Notes: generated by a model not told the origin, from the sequence alone. Shown: positions 9,305-19,417, counted from the stretch's first letter. The stretch: 64,000 nucleotides of DNA from Candidatus Bathyarchaeota archaeon (GCA_018396695.1 JAGTQU010000005.1:421-64420); one strand, 5' to 3'. Program-made: numbers and translations.

Positions 9305-10068
9305 GTGACGGTCTTGGTAAGAGAGGAAATTGAATCGTTCGAGTTTATAGCTGAGACGGAGCGCCTTTTAAAAGGAAACGGGTTATTGCTCTGCACTATG
9401 GGTAAAGATGAAAAACCAAACCTAATGACTATTGGATGGGGTCTAATAGGCACTATGTGGAGACAACCCTTCTTTGCAGTAGCTGTTAGAGCTTCCAGAT
9501 ATACCTATAAACTTATTGAAGAGCATGGTGAGTTTACCGTGTGTCTTCCATCGAATAATATGGAACATGTATTAGATTTCTGCGGATCCAAATAAAAACT
9601 ATTTCATCAGAGAAGCTCATAATATTTTTTAGAGTTTTTTCAAAGCATCTTTTTCGGCGTATACTCCTTTAATTCGCCCGAAGTAAATAGTATGGTAATC
9701 GCCCAAGGGATAAACCTCTTTCTCTAAATCGGCATCAAGTTCCCCAAGTTTAACTTTTACCTTATATGCAACCTTACATTCATAATGAACAGGGCATTCA
9801 GCTACAAAAGGCACTTTAACGTTATAGCTTCTAACAGGAGTAAGAGTTAACTCTTACTCCTGTTAGAAGCTATAACGTTAAAGTGCCTTTTGTAGCTGAA
9901 TGCCCTGTTCATTATGAATGTAAGGTTGCATATAAGGTAAAAGTTAAACTTGGGGAACTTGATGCCGATTTAGAGAAAGAGGTTTATCCCTTGGGCGATT
10001 ACCATACTATTTACTTCGGGCGAATTAAAGGAGTATACGCCGAAAAAGATGCTTTGAAAAAACTCTAA
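9305..10068 (+). pseudogene. flavin reductase-like (FMN-binding split barrel) gene interrupted by a palindromic insertion
   Basis: N-terminal fragment 9305-9595 (NLMTIGWGL...EHGEFTVCLPSNNMEHVLDFCGSK*). C-terminal fragment is in frame from 9844 to 10068 (ELTLTPVRSYNVKVPFVAECPVHYECKV...). An exact reverse-complement copy of the C-terminal fragment lies at 9629-9814. Confidence 0.7.
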
Positions 10069-10111
10069 AAAATATTATGAGCTTCTCTGATGAAATAGTT
10101 TTTATTTGGAT
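9587..10111. repeat. perfect spacer-less palindrome (about 262-bp arms, centre 9848/9849 at GTTAAC)
   Basis: Track ORFs 9629-9814(-) and 9883-10068(+) encode identical 61-aa peptides. Arms checked by eye: 9587 atccaaataaaaactatttcatcag matches the reverse complement of ...ctgatgaaatagtttttatttggat at 10111. Confidence 0.9.
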
Positions 10112-10130
10112 AATGATCTGGTTTAAAAAA

Positions 10131-10135
10131 GGAGG
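10131..10135 (+). promoter_or_regulatory. Shine-Dalgarno-like GGAGG upstream of flavodoxin start
   Basis: aaaaaaggaggaattagATG. Confidence 0.45.
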
Positions 10136-10141
10136 AATTAG

Positions 10142-10615
10142 ATGAAGGTTCTCATAGTATATGATTCAAAAACCGGGAACACTGAGAAAATGGCGAGGGC
10201 TGTGGCTGAAGGTGTATCCTCCGAGAATATTGACGTAGATCTTATAAAGGTTGATGAAGCATCTGTTGAAGTCTTGCCGGAATATGATGGAGTAATCCTC
10301 GGCTCACCTGTTTACTATGGTCAACCTTCAGCGAAGATCAAGGAGTTCATAGACGCTTCAGTCAAGTTTCACGGAAAACTCGATGGGAAAGTAGGAGGAG
10401 CCTTTGCAAGCAGCGGTGGAACTCATTCTGGAGGAGAAACAACCGTATTAGCGCTCTTAGAGGCGCTTTTAGTTCACGGGATGATTGTACAGGGGACTTC
10501 AGGGAGAAACCATTACGGACCTGTTTCAGCAGGGGCTCCCGACGATTCTTCGAAAGAAGCTTGTAAACATTTAGGTAAAAGGGTCGCCAAGCTTGTAAAA
10601 AAGTTAGCTAGCTGA
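10142..10615 (+). CDS. flavodoxin-like FMN protein (WrbA/multimeric flavodoxin family)
   Basis: MKVLIVYDSKTGNTEKMA N-terminus, flavodoxin fold signature. Confidence 0.75.
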   Translation: MKVLIVYDSKTGNTEKMARAVAEGVSSENIDVDLIKVDEASVEVLPEYDGVILGSPVYYGQPSAKIKEFIDASVKFHGKLDGKVGGAFASSGGTHSGGETTVLALLEALLVHGMIVQGTSGRNHYGPVSAGAPDDSSKEACKHLGKRVAKLVKKLAS

Positions 10616-10823
10616 GGCTCAAAATCCAATCTTTTCCAGTTAAAGAATTTCAATCCTTTTATATCTTGTAAACCCTTCACTAATTTTTCTAATTATTAAA
10701 AATCATTATATTTAAAATGTAGAATGCACACAAAGGCAGAGAAACAAACATATAAATATCTAAAAGAGAGGAGAGTGCGTATGTTTTTAAAATGTTAATA
10801 ACTAGAAAAAAATTATCCCTATA

Positions 10824-11807
10824 ATGTTTCAAATTGGAGGCTTATGTTTGAGGGTTGTGGATGATATTTTAAAACTGATCGGGAATACCCCAATGGTTAG
10901 GCTGAAGAATATTCCAAAAAGCACGGATGCAAGTGTTTACGTAAAGCTTGAGTACTTGAATCCGAGTGGAAGCTTAAAGGACAGAATAGCTCTCGAGATG
11001 ATTCGCACAGCTGAGGAAGAAGGCAAGCTTAAACCAGGCTACACCATCATCGAAGCGAGTACTGGAAACACTGGAATTGCTTTGAGTTTTGTAGGTTCTC
11101 ATCTTGGCTACAAAGTTGTAATCTACATGCCGGAAGGGATGACTCAGGATAGAATTAACATAATGAAGAGTTACGGGGCAGAGGTTTACTTGATTAAACC
11201 TGAAGACTTGAAAAGCTCAGAAAAAAGTGTGGCAGGGGCTGAGATTGAGATCCCGACGCGTATGATGTGCCTTGAAAGAGAAAGATCGGATCCAAAAGTT
11301 TGGTGGGCACGGCAATTTAAAAACCCAGCTAACACTAAGGCACACATCAAAACTGGAAAAGAGATTCTTCAACAATTAGATGGGGAGGTTGACGCTTTCG
11401 CAGCATCCATAGGCACAGGCGGCACTCTCTTAGGTATATCCAAGGCTTTGAAAGATGAGCTGCCTAACATCAAAATAATCGGTATAGAACCCGCATCTGC
11501 CAAATATTCTCTTGTCTCAGGTTTTAAGAAAGTCCCTGGAGCAAGTGAAGAAGTTAGTGGAGGAATAGTAGCTGAACTGATAGATAGTGGTTTAGTTGAT
11601 GAGTTTGTTTCTGTGACAAACGATGATGCCATAGATATGACAAATAGACTACTTTTTGAAGAAGGACTTTTCGCAGGAGTATCCGGGGGCGCGAATGTTC
11701 TAGTGGCATATAAATTATCAAAGAAACTGGGAAAAAATAAGAGGATCGCCACTGTTCTGCCTGACAGTAGAGATCGATATTTGACCGAGATGAGATATAC
11801 TACGTGA
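10824..11807 (+). CDS. cysteine synthase / cystathionine beta-synthase family PLP enzyme
   Basis: NPSGSLKDRIA PLP-lysine motif, STGNTGIALS, GIGTGGT glycine loop; real start probably downstream of 10824. Confidence 0.75.
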   Translation: MFQIGGLCLRVVDDILKLIGNTPMVRLKNIPKSTDASVYVKLEYLNPSGSLKDRIALEMIRTAEEEGKLKPGYTIIEASTGNTGIALSFVGSHLGYKVVIYMPEGMTQDRINIMKSYGAEVYLIKPEDLKSSEKSVAGAEIEIPTRMMCLERERSDPKVWWARQFKNPANTKAHIKTGKEILQQLDGEVDAFAASIGTGGTLLGISKALKDELPNIKIIGIEPASAKYSLVSGFKKVPGASEEVSGGIVAELIDSGLVDEFVSVTNDDAIDMTNRLLFEEGLFAGVSGGANVLVAYKLSKKLGKNKRIATVLPDSRDRYLTEMRYTT

Positions 11808-12139
11808 TGTGCCCTATTTTATGGTTGGAAAATTTTCTTCTTTTCATCAATTAATTACTGAATGTTTCTTGGAGAAATCTAGATCCTGAAATTATAGTGT
11901 TTTCTGGTAATATCCAATAATAATCTTTAATTTGACTTTTTAATATTTTAATCAACTTAAATAAAAGGTTGGGAAATTATTAACGTGTCCTCTGACTATA
12001 AGTATTTTGACAAAGCAAAACATATTGTATTAGAATAGAATATAGAGGATTGGTGAAAAGATCGAATCTAAAAATATATTTAAGCATAATGCGTAGCTAT
12101 AGATAACGCTTTCAAAATATTAGTTTTAACAAATTTACT

Positions 12140-12343
12140 TTATACTAGCTGTTCTATATCCTCAAGTTTATCTAATGCAGATTTCTCGACGCCTCTAATT
12201 GGTTTATAGTTGCAAGGGTCTTTGCAATGAATATATATCTTCGTCTCCTTGAACCTATGTGCCAGTTTATTTGCACAACTGAAACATTCACAAGCTGATA
12301 GAATCCCTCTACTGATCCATGCATCGACCTTCTTAGGACTCAT
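12140..12343 (-). CDS. small Cys-rich hypothetical protein
   Basis: 67 aa, CECFSC...HCKDPC, in AT-rich intergenic island. Confidence 0.3.
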   Translation of the reverse strand: MSPKKVDAWISRGILSACECFSCANKLAHRFKETKIYIHCKDPCNYKPIRGVEKSALDKLEDIEQLV

Positions 12344-12584
12344 TCATATCAGAACCTAGTAACTATTATACGATTATAATGTATATTCTTTTTGATTCAT
12401 AATCTCTGAATATTTAAGATAAAAATCTACATATTATCAAAATTTTATATTTTAGAATCAAGAGTCTAAATTTAAGATGCAGAATAAGGGAGTTGGCTTA
12501 AGAGACTTGAAAAAGGCTGTTCGGAAATGTAGTTTTTTATACTCTAATAGCCTTTTTATTCTATAAGCTACAAGGGAAAAACGT

Positions 12585-12866
12585 ATGAGTCCAAGATCAG
12601 TCCTTTATTCCATTCTTGCTGTGTTAACAGGGTTCGCTCTCATAACCTCAGTAAACTGGGTAGGAAACAAAGCAGGAGAGCAACCTACGTTTAGTTTGGA
12701 GCGCCGATTAGATGAATTAACCGTTGAAAGCGACATGATTAAGGATTCCTTTGATCAGAATACCATGCAGAGTTTTTCTGAATGGGAGATAATCTTTGAA
12801 TCTCTTGCTTTAAATCTAATAATCGCTTTTGGGGTCTACTTTATAGCTAAGCGAAGATTTCAGTGA
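12585..12866 (+). CDS. small membrane protein (hypothetical)
   Basis: 93 aa with N- and C-terminal hydrophobic helices. Confidence 0.35.
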   Translation: MSPRSVLYSILAVLTGFALITSVNWVGNKAGEQPTFSLERRLDELTVESDMIKDSFDQNTMQSFSEWEIIFESLALNLIIAFGVYFIAKRRFQ

Positions 12867-12917
12867 AGGCTTAAACAAATGAAAAACCTAAAAAGAAAAA
12901 TGATAGTATCTTAGGGT

Positions 12918-13796
12918 CTATGTTATAACAGATTTTCCATCGAAATCTAACAGTCTTTGACGTTCGTTGTTAACCTCTTGCTGAACATAATCGATCTGTT
13001 CCTTATTGAGGTGACGGAACCTTGCTTGAGCCTTTAGATAATCCTCAATCGGTCGCTGTTTAGGCTTCAAAGTTAATCTAAGAACTCCGTTCTCAACCTC
13101 GTATAGTGGCCAAGCCCATGTTTCAACGCCTAGGCGTACAACTTCTACGCTCTTGGCAGGGTCGAAACGCCATCCAGTGGGGCAAGGCATGACTGTGTGA
13201 AGATACTTGAATCCGCTTATACTTTTTGCTTTAGTGATTTTAGCTTTAAGATCTCTAGGATAAGCAACGGAAATTGTTGCGACATATGGTACTCGATGTT
13301 GAGCTATTATCATCGGGATCCTTTTTTTAGGAGCTTCCTTTCCTTGAGGTGTTGTAGTTGTCCAAGCCCCATAAGGTGTGAGCCCACTCTTTTGGATCCC
13401 TGTGTTCATATATGCTTCATTATCGATGCAAATCTGGATCATGTTCTCATTTCTTTCAGCTGCAGCCGAAATCTTTCCAAAGCTAATATCCCCCGTGGCT
13501 CCGTCTCCAGCAGCCGAGATCACTGTCACATCGTTTCTGCCCTTCGCATTTAATGCTGCAACTATTCCAGTCGCACCATCTGCAGCGAAGGAAAAGTGTA
13601 TACCAAATGTCGGTAGTTTAATGTTTCTGATGGCGCATCCAGCGCATGGTCCATCTCCATATATGATCGAATTAGATCCTATGGCTTCAAGAGCCATGCG
13701 CCAAAACATCGGCCCCCCACAACCTGGGCAGCATGTACTCCCGCCTTGGAAGAGGCTTTTTTCATAGTATTCATCAAATAGCTTGTTTACCTCCAC
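12918..13796 (-). CDS. 2-oxoacid:ferredoxin oxidoreductase beta subunit (TPP-binding)
   Basis: CCPGCGG...GDG TPP motifs; part of G-D-A-B gene order. Confidence 0.85.
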   Translation of the reverse strand: MEVNKLFDEYYEKSLFQGGSTCCPGCGGPMFWRMALEAIGSNSIIYGDGPCAGCAIRNIKLPTFGIHFSFAADGATGIVAALNAKGRNDVTVISAAGDGATGDISFGKISAAAERNENMIQICIDNEAYMNTGIQKSGLTPYGAWTTTTPQGKEAPKKRIPMIIAQHRVPYVATISVAYPRDLKAKITKAKSISGFKYLHTVMPCPTGWRFDPAKSVEVVRLGVETWAWPLYEVENGVLRLTLKPKQRPIEDYLKAQARFRHLNKEQIDYVQQEVNNERQRLLDFDGKSVIT

Positions 13797-14996
13797 TCAC
13801 ATCACCTCTCCTAAATCTTTAAGCTCAACCCAATCGGTTTCGTCTTCTGCCTTCCCTGTTTGATATGCATCGAGGACTTTATCTGCAATATATCTAATCT
13901 GGCGCATTGTCACATCGCTTCCACCTAAGCCTACATGGAAATTCAGGAGGAGAGGTCTATCATCGAGCGAATAGAGTGCCCTTGCGACTTCCATTGCAAC
14001 TATGCCGCTGCCTGAGGCTGAACCGTAACTGGTGTTTCTGTCCACGATTCCTATCACTTTATATTTTTTAGCAAGCTTCCTCAGCTCTTCGGTTGGAAAC
14101 GGTCTAAAGCATCTCATCTTAATTAAACCCACCTTCTTTCCCTCCGCTTGGATCTCGTCGATTACATCCCTTGCGGTTCCAGTCATTGACCCCATCGTCA
14201 TGAAAACCGCTTCTATACCGTCACATGCGTACTCCTCTAAAGCCCCATCATAATATCTGCCAAATATCTCCCCATAGCTTTTATCGACTTCCTCAATGAC
14301 TCCTTTAGCCTTCTCCGTAGCCTTTTGAACCTCATAACGCGCCTTAGCAATATTTTGGGGAAATCCTCGTATAGTCCTGAATTCTCCAGGCATAAGATTG
14401 TACATCTCATGTTTATAAGGAGGCAAATAGTCATCCACCTCTTTCTGGTCTGGAATACTCGTTGGAGTAGCTGTAGCTGAAGCAAAATATCCGTCGTAAC
14501 AAACAGCTACGGGTAAATATACCCTCTTATCTTCCCCGACTTTATAAGCTTGAATAACCGTATCTAGAATCTCCTGACTATTCTCGCAATAAAACTGTAT
14601 CCAGCCAGTATCTCTTTGAAGAAGAGAGTCATTGTGATCTGGTCGTAACCCGCCAATCGGAGCCATAGCTCTATTCACCATGCACATAACTATAGGCAGT
14701 CTCATGCCAGGAGGCATCCATAAAGCCTCCTCCATAAATACAATGCCTTGTGAAGCTGATGCAGTGAACACTCTAGCTCCGGCAGCTGACGCACCTATCG
14801 CTGCTGCCATAGCTGTATGCTCACCTTCAACCTTTATGTACTGTGCTTTCATTTCACCATTTGCGATAAAAGAAGCTATCGTACTTATTAACTCGGTCTG
14901 AGGCGTAATAGGATATGCCGGAACAACTTCTGCTCTAGCAAGTTTGGCACCCCATGCCGCAGCTTCATTTCCTTCAAGCATTCTTATAATGCCCAA
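13797..14996 (-). CDS. 2-oxoacid:ferredoxin oxidoreductase alpha subunit
   Basis: 399 aa, POR/VOR alpha-type sequence; adjacent to beta/delta/gamma subunits. Confidence 0.85.
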   Translation of the reverse strand: MGIIRMLEGNEAAAWGAKLARAEVVPAYPITPQTELISTIASFIANGEMKAQYIKVEGEHTAMAAAIGASAAGARVFTASASQGIVFMEEALWMPPGMRLPIVMCMVNRAMAPIGGLRPDHNDSLLQRDTGWIQFYCENSQEILDTVIQAYKVGEDKRVYLPVAVCYDGYFASATATPTSIPDQKEVDDYLPPYKHEMYNLMPGEFRTIRGFPQNIAKARYEVQKATEKAKGVIEEVDKSYGEIFGRYYDGALEEYACDGIEAVFMTMGSMTGTARDVIDEIQAEGKKVGLIKMRCFRPFPTEELRKLAKKYKVIGIVDRNTSYGSASGSGIVAMEVARALYSLDDRPLLLNFHVGLGGSDVTMRQIRYIADKVLDAYQTGKAEDETDWVELKDLGEVM

Positions 14997-14998
14997 TT

Positions 14999-15217
14999 TT
15001 ACTCCTCCCTCCTCATTTTTATTGCCTTAACAGGACATTCATTGGCACATACTCCGCATCCCTTACAATATCGATAATCGAATACAACGCCCTCCTCGGT
15101 CAACATCACAGTGCCTTCAGGACAGTAGGTTTGACAGTTACCGCATTTAATACACGTGTTTTGATCCACTTCAGGTTGGAAGGCTCTTACTATTTGGCTC
15201 ATTTCGAACACTCCCAA
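14999..15217 (-). CDS. 2-oxoacid:ferredoxin oxidoreductase delta subunit (2x[4Fe-4S] ferredoxin)
   Basis: CIKCGNCQTYCP and CKGCGVCANECP. Confidence 0.85.
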   Translation of the reverse strand: MGVFEMSQIVRAFQPEVDQNTCIKCGNCQTYCPEGTVMLTEEGVVFDYRYCKGCGVCANECPVKAIKMRREE

Positions 15218-15804
15218 ACTCTCACTTCGTTATAGCCGCGAGTGCAGGCTTCAAAGTTAACTTCACCCATTCTTCCTGGAAACATATGAAGTATAGGACC
15301 TCTAAGAGACTCTAGTTTAACCCATCCTGTTGCTCTACTTACCGCACCTAGCATAATAGTGTTCGTTATTGGAATCGCCCTTGGCCCGAATACTTCTGCT
15401 GAGATACCTGTTGCGTCTACGGTAGCTATTTTCGATAAAGGAACGCCAAGATCGACTTCTTCAGGATTATTATTCACGTTTAATATAGCTGTCCCCCTCT
15501 GTTTGAGACCTTTACGTACCTCGGCTACGTTTAGTAGGGTGGGGTCGAGCACAACTAATGCATCTGGCTCGTAAATTCCGGAAGTCCTTCGAATAGGTTT
15601 ATCATCGAGTCTTAAAAAGACAGTCACATCGCCGCCTCGTCGCATTCCACCGTAGACTGGAATTTTCTGAGCGTATTTTCCTTCGCTAAAAGCAGCTTCA
15701 GCCAATGCTAGAGCTCCCATAACAGCGCCCTGTCCACCCATACCGTGGAATCTTATCTCTATCAACTCTATCTCCTTTGAATCTGGGTTCTTACTTATTA
15801 TCAA
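15199..15804 (-). CDS. 2-oxoacid:ferredoxin oxidoreductase gamma subunit
   Basis: FHGMGGQGAVMGA... gamma-subunit signature. Confidence 0.8.
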   Translation of the reverse strand: MIISKNPDSKEIELIEIRFHGMGGQGAVMGALALAEAAFSEGKYAQKIPVYGGMRRGGDVTVFLRLDDKPIRRTSGIYEPDALVVLDPTLLNVAEVRKGLKQRGTAILNVNNNPEEVDLGVPLSKIATVDATGISAEVFGPRAIPITNTIMLGAVSRATGWVKLESLRGPILHMFPGRMGEVNFEACTRGYNEVRVWECSK

Positions 15805-16045
15805 ACACTAGTTGATAAGTCTTTGGAAATCGAAAGCGAATCAAAATATCTCAAATATTTTATTCCATTTGATTTCGAAGATAATAAAGAGTTAACTAAT
15901 CTAGATTCTGTGTCATGAAGATTTTTATTTGATAGACTTTCGTGATGAGATCATTGATCTCTGATTGACTCAAATATATGAGATAATCTCGTATTATTTT
16001 CAGGCTCTGTAGAAACCCTCCCAAATTTATCTCATCCATGTTAAG

Positions 16046-16460
16046 ATGGATGCAGGGATAATGCGTATTGGGAGGGGTTCCAACTATGTTAGAATAGTCA
16101 AGGCGATAATAAAGGTTCTGGGGAAGGCTGATATACTACGCTATTTCAGCCGCTTCTCAAATAGGATCTACGATGCGTGGCAGCACGTGGTCCTCTTGGC
16201 CATCAGGCAGCTGGAGGATAAGTCCTAAAGGTGATTCGGAGGTTCCGATATGGAGGACGAGGGGCAAATACAGGAAAGAGATGAAGGGGGGCTACTCGAA
16301 GAAACTCTATAATCAGAGGAGCAAAGATGAGACGGTCTTCAGCGTCGTGAAGCGCCTCATGGGGGAGCACCTGTCATCTAGGCTGGTCAGGACGCGGAAC
16401 AGGGAGCTCGCCCTGAGGCTGGCCGCCTACAATGCTCACAGGCTGATCAACATCACATAG
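16046..16460 (+). mobile_element. IS5/IS4-family transposase remnant (C-terminal part, frameshifted, no DDE N-terminus)
   Basis: YNQRSKDETVFSVVKRLMGEHLSSRLVRTRNRELALRLAAYNAHRL matches the conserved IS5-family C-terminus; two overlapping frames; locally GC-rich. Confidence 0.6.
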
Positions 16461-16621
16461 GAAGGATTTCTACAGAGCCTCTTCAATAAAAAATTAAATA
16501 CTCGTTTATGATGCGAAATTCTTGTTATAGAGATAAAAAAATAATATTACTTTTTCAATGATCTAAGCGATTTAAGATGATTATAGCGAACTGAGAAAAA
16601 TAGGCTACCCGATCTAGGAGA

Positions 16622-17000
16622 TTGTTTAAAGATATAGCCCAAGCTGAGAGAATCCGCGCTTCAAACTGTTATAGAACATTAGCACAATGGAAGGAGATTC
16701 AACTTTCGCTGTGGCTGATTTTGAATCCTAAAAACTCTTCAGAAGACCTTGAAATTGGAATCGAAGGAGAAACCTTTGAAATATCTGAGATGTATTCTGC
16801 GTAAATAGAAGTAGTGAAAGCCCAGAGAGAGTACTCCGCTGAAATAGAGTTTCGTTACGCCTGGGAGGCTGAGAAGATGTATATTAGAGCTTAAACCAAT
16901 TAGTGTTTGCGAAGTCTGTGGCTACACCATAGAAGGAGAGCTCCCTGATGAGAGTCCAATATGTAAAGCCAGAAAGGAAAAATTCAAAATATTCTCGTAA
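16622..17000 (+). pseudogene. rubrerythrin pseudogene (N-terminally truncated, at least two frameshifts)
   Basis: Frame A ...EDLEIGIEGETFEISEMYSA*, frame B EVVKAQREYSAEIEFRYAWEAEKMYIRA*, frame C ...VCEVCGYTIEGELPDESPICKARKEKFKIFS*. The pieces are colinear with my recollection of the rubrerythrin C-terminal half (GIEGETFE..EMY, EAEK, C..CGY...P..CP.C.A.KEKF). Confidence 0.65.
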
Positions 17001-17039
17001 ACGTAAAAATATTTATTCGACCTTTCAGCTTTTGTTGAT

Positions 17040-17315
17040 ATGAAAAAAATCTTAGTCATCCCTCTATCAACTTTACTCATGGTAGCTATTCAAATTTTCA
17101 GTTTAATCTATGGAGTTGTTTATGATTGGCCAGATTTCTATCATATAAATTATGGATTCCCTCTAGTTTGGTCAACTCATACTCTTAATACTTTGATAGG
17201 CCCAGTTGACGTATGGAAAATAGATTTAACAAACTTAACGCTAGACTTAATCTTCTGGAATATTCTTGTTTTAGTTCTAATCTTTCTCTTAAGCAGCTAC
17301 TTTGAACGAAATTAG
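17040..17315 (+). CDS. small membrane protein (hypothetical)
   Basis: 91 aa, two hydrophobic segments. Confidence 0.35.
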   Translation: MKKILVIPLSTLLMVAIQIFSLIYGVVYDWPDFYHINYGFPLVWSTHTLNTLIGPVDVWKIDLTNLTLDLIFWNILVLVLIFLLSSYFERN

Positions 17316-17332
17316 AAGTAATGTATGGAGAG

Positions 17333-18853
17333 TTAAACTTTTTTACAGATTTTTCCTGAAAGCGCATCCTCAATTATTTTTGGGATCTTATCAATAAGAT
17401 CGGTGGGAAGTACATGGTATCCTTTCTCTTTGAAGACTTCATCCCCTGCTACACCATTAATGAATGCTCCTGCAGACGAAGACTCGAAGGGGTCAAACCC
17501 CATTGCCATGAACCCGACCACAATGCCTGATAATACATCTCCAGTACCTCCAACAGTCATTCCAGGATTTCCAGTCCAGTTATATCTTGTACGGTGACCA
17601 TCGCTGATTATGTCAACCTCTCCTTTTAACAAGATGGTTGCATTCATTTTTTCAGCCTCTTTTTGCACTGTTTCACCTCGCTCTCTATAATCTCCTATTA
17701 CCTTTTTTCCCGTGAGTGTTCTAAACTCCTCAGAATGAGGGGTTAAGACTGTGGGTGCCTTGAATTTTCTCACCCTAGTAGCATAGCTCTTTAATGCATC
17801 AGCGTCTATTAGCATTGGAAGGTTTTTTTCATCAACTAAATCTATAAGCGCATTAACCGCCTCGATAGTACCCTCACTAGTACCTAAACCAGGACCCATA
17901 GCTACAGAGTTCACACGATTTAGAAAAGGCTGTAGCTGAGTTAGGTTCTTCATTGTTAATCGACTCCCTTTAAGCTTGACTGTTACAAAGGCTGGAGAAA
18001 ATCCAGCTATTATCGTAGAAGCCGTCTCTGGTGCAGCGACGTATACCAAATCTACACCTGTTGCATATGCTCCCATTCCGGTAAGTGCTGGAGCTCCTGA
18101 GTAAGTTTCGCTTCCGCCTATCACAAGTACGTATCCGAAATCACCTTTATGAGCGTTCTTTGGCCTAGGTTTATTCGTTAGATAAACATCACCAGGACCT
18201 GTGAAGAGTTCAGCTTCTAGAGGTATCCCTATTGGCTTGATTATAACTTCTCCCAAATATTTTTCCGCATTTTTGAAACCGATCTTGTTTTTATGAATCG
18301 TGACTGTCAAATCTGCCTTAAAGCCTTCACCCTTAATATCTCCACTATCAGAATCGACGCCTGTAGGAACATCTATAGCAACTTTGAAGCCTTTAGATCT
18401 ATTCATCATCATTATAGCATTACTGAGAGGAGGCTCTAATGCTCCTTTTAATCCGGTTCCAAGAAGAGCATCAACTATAACATCTGCGTCAAAAGGTTTA
18501 ATGAGGGTGGAGTCTTTCAATTCCTGTATTTCGATGCTAGATCTCATATTTTGAATAATATTCCAGTTGATTTTAGCTTCCTCAGATCTAATATTTGTAG
18601 ATGAACCTACCAAAAACACTTGGACTTTAAATTTTTTAGATAGGTGGCGAGCTGCAACAAACCCGTCTCCACCATTCCCTCCAAGACCACAAATGATAGC
18701 TACTTTCTTACCAACTGGAATACGTTTCTCAACTTCTTCAGCTACCACTCTCCCGGCATTCTCCATTAATTGCAAAGTCGAGACACCCAGGTATACAGCA
18801 TTCATGTCAACTGCCTTGAACTCTTCGGATGTTAGGTATTCGTCCAGGATCAA
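17333..18853 (-). CDS. nnr: bifunctional NAD(P)H-hydrate repair enzyme Nnr (epimerase + ADP-dependent dehydratase)
   Basis: YjeF-N motif GLGGNGGDGFVAARHL and C-terminal dehydratase GDFGYVLVIGGS...GAPALTGMGA. Confidence 0.8.
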   Translation of the reverse strand: MILDEYLTSEEFKAVDMNAVYLGVSTLQLMENAGRVVAEEVEKRIPVGKKVAIICGLGGNGGDGFVAARHLSKKFKVQVFLVGSSTNIRSEEAKINWNIIQNMRSSIEIQELKDSTLIKPFDADVIVDALLGTGLKGALEPPLSNAIMMMNRSKGFKVAIDVPTGVDSDSGDIKGEGFKADLTVTIHKNKIGFKNAEKYLGEVIIKPIGIPLEAELFTGPGDVYLTNKPRPKNAHKGDFGYVLVIGGSETYSGAPALTGMGAYATGVDLVYVAAPETASTIIAGFSPAFVTVKLKGSRLTMKNLTQLQPFLNRVNSVAMGPGLGTSEGTIEAVNALIDLVDEKNLPMLIDADALKSYATRVRKFKAPTVLTPHSEEFRTLTGKKVIGDYRERGETVQKEAEKMNATILLKGEVDIISDGHRTRYNWTGNPGMTVGGTGDVLSGIVVGFMAMGFDPFESSSAGAFINGVAGDEVFKEKGYHVLPTDLIDKIPKIIEDALSGKICKKV

Positions 18854-19189
18854 AGTTGTTCATGCTCAGCTTAATTGAAGGAGTATATAGAATATTTCCT
18901 CGAGAACCTGAATAAACCCTCTATAATGCTTTTAATAGATTGCTGCAGAATCGTAGAGCTTCAGCTTCATTCCTAATCAAAATCTGTCTACGATTAAGAC
19001 TCATGAGATAAACATTCTCTCTAAAGAATAGATATACGGAAGGGGATAGCACTAGTCTTGATTAACTACAAAAATAGCAAACAGGTCTTCAGTGAACCTC
19101 TCTCAAAGGCAAAGTTTTAAAAAACATTATTGAATTCTGATAAGTTTTAAGTATTCGAGAAAGATAAGTAAAGTATAAGGGGGAATCGT

Positions 19190-19417
19190 ATGGCAACAGC
19201 TTTCGTTCTTATAAATGCAGAGATTGGTGCAGAAAGCGATGTTCTAAAAGATCTTAAGGCGATACCTGAAGTAAAGGAAGCTCACATGGTCTATGGCGTC
19301 TATGATATAATAGCTAGAGTTGAAACAGAAACGATGCAGGAGCTGAAAGATATCATAAGTTGGAAGATAAGACGTCTCGATAAAGTTAGATCAACGTTAA
19401 CCATGATAGTTGTGTAA
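19190..19417 (+). CDS. stand-alone RAM (Lrp/AsnC ligand-binding) domain protein
   Basis: 75 aa, FVLINAE...VYGVYDIIARVE pattern, no HTH. Confidence 0.55.
   Translation: MATAFVLINAEIGAESDVLKDLKAIPEVKEAHMVYGVYDIIARVETETMQELKDIISWKIRRLDKVRSTLTMIVV

Noticed and set aside
9163-9453. 96-aa minus-strand ORF across the AT-rich region upstream of the flavin reductase gene
   Set aside because: It lies in promoter-like AT-rich DNA, overlaps the start of a gene with family signatures on the other strand, and its peptide is Lys/Phe/Asn-rich, typical of AT-rich noise.
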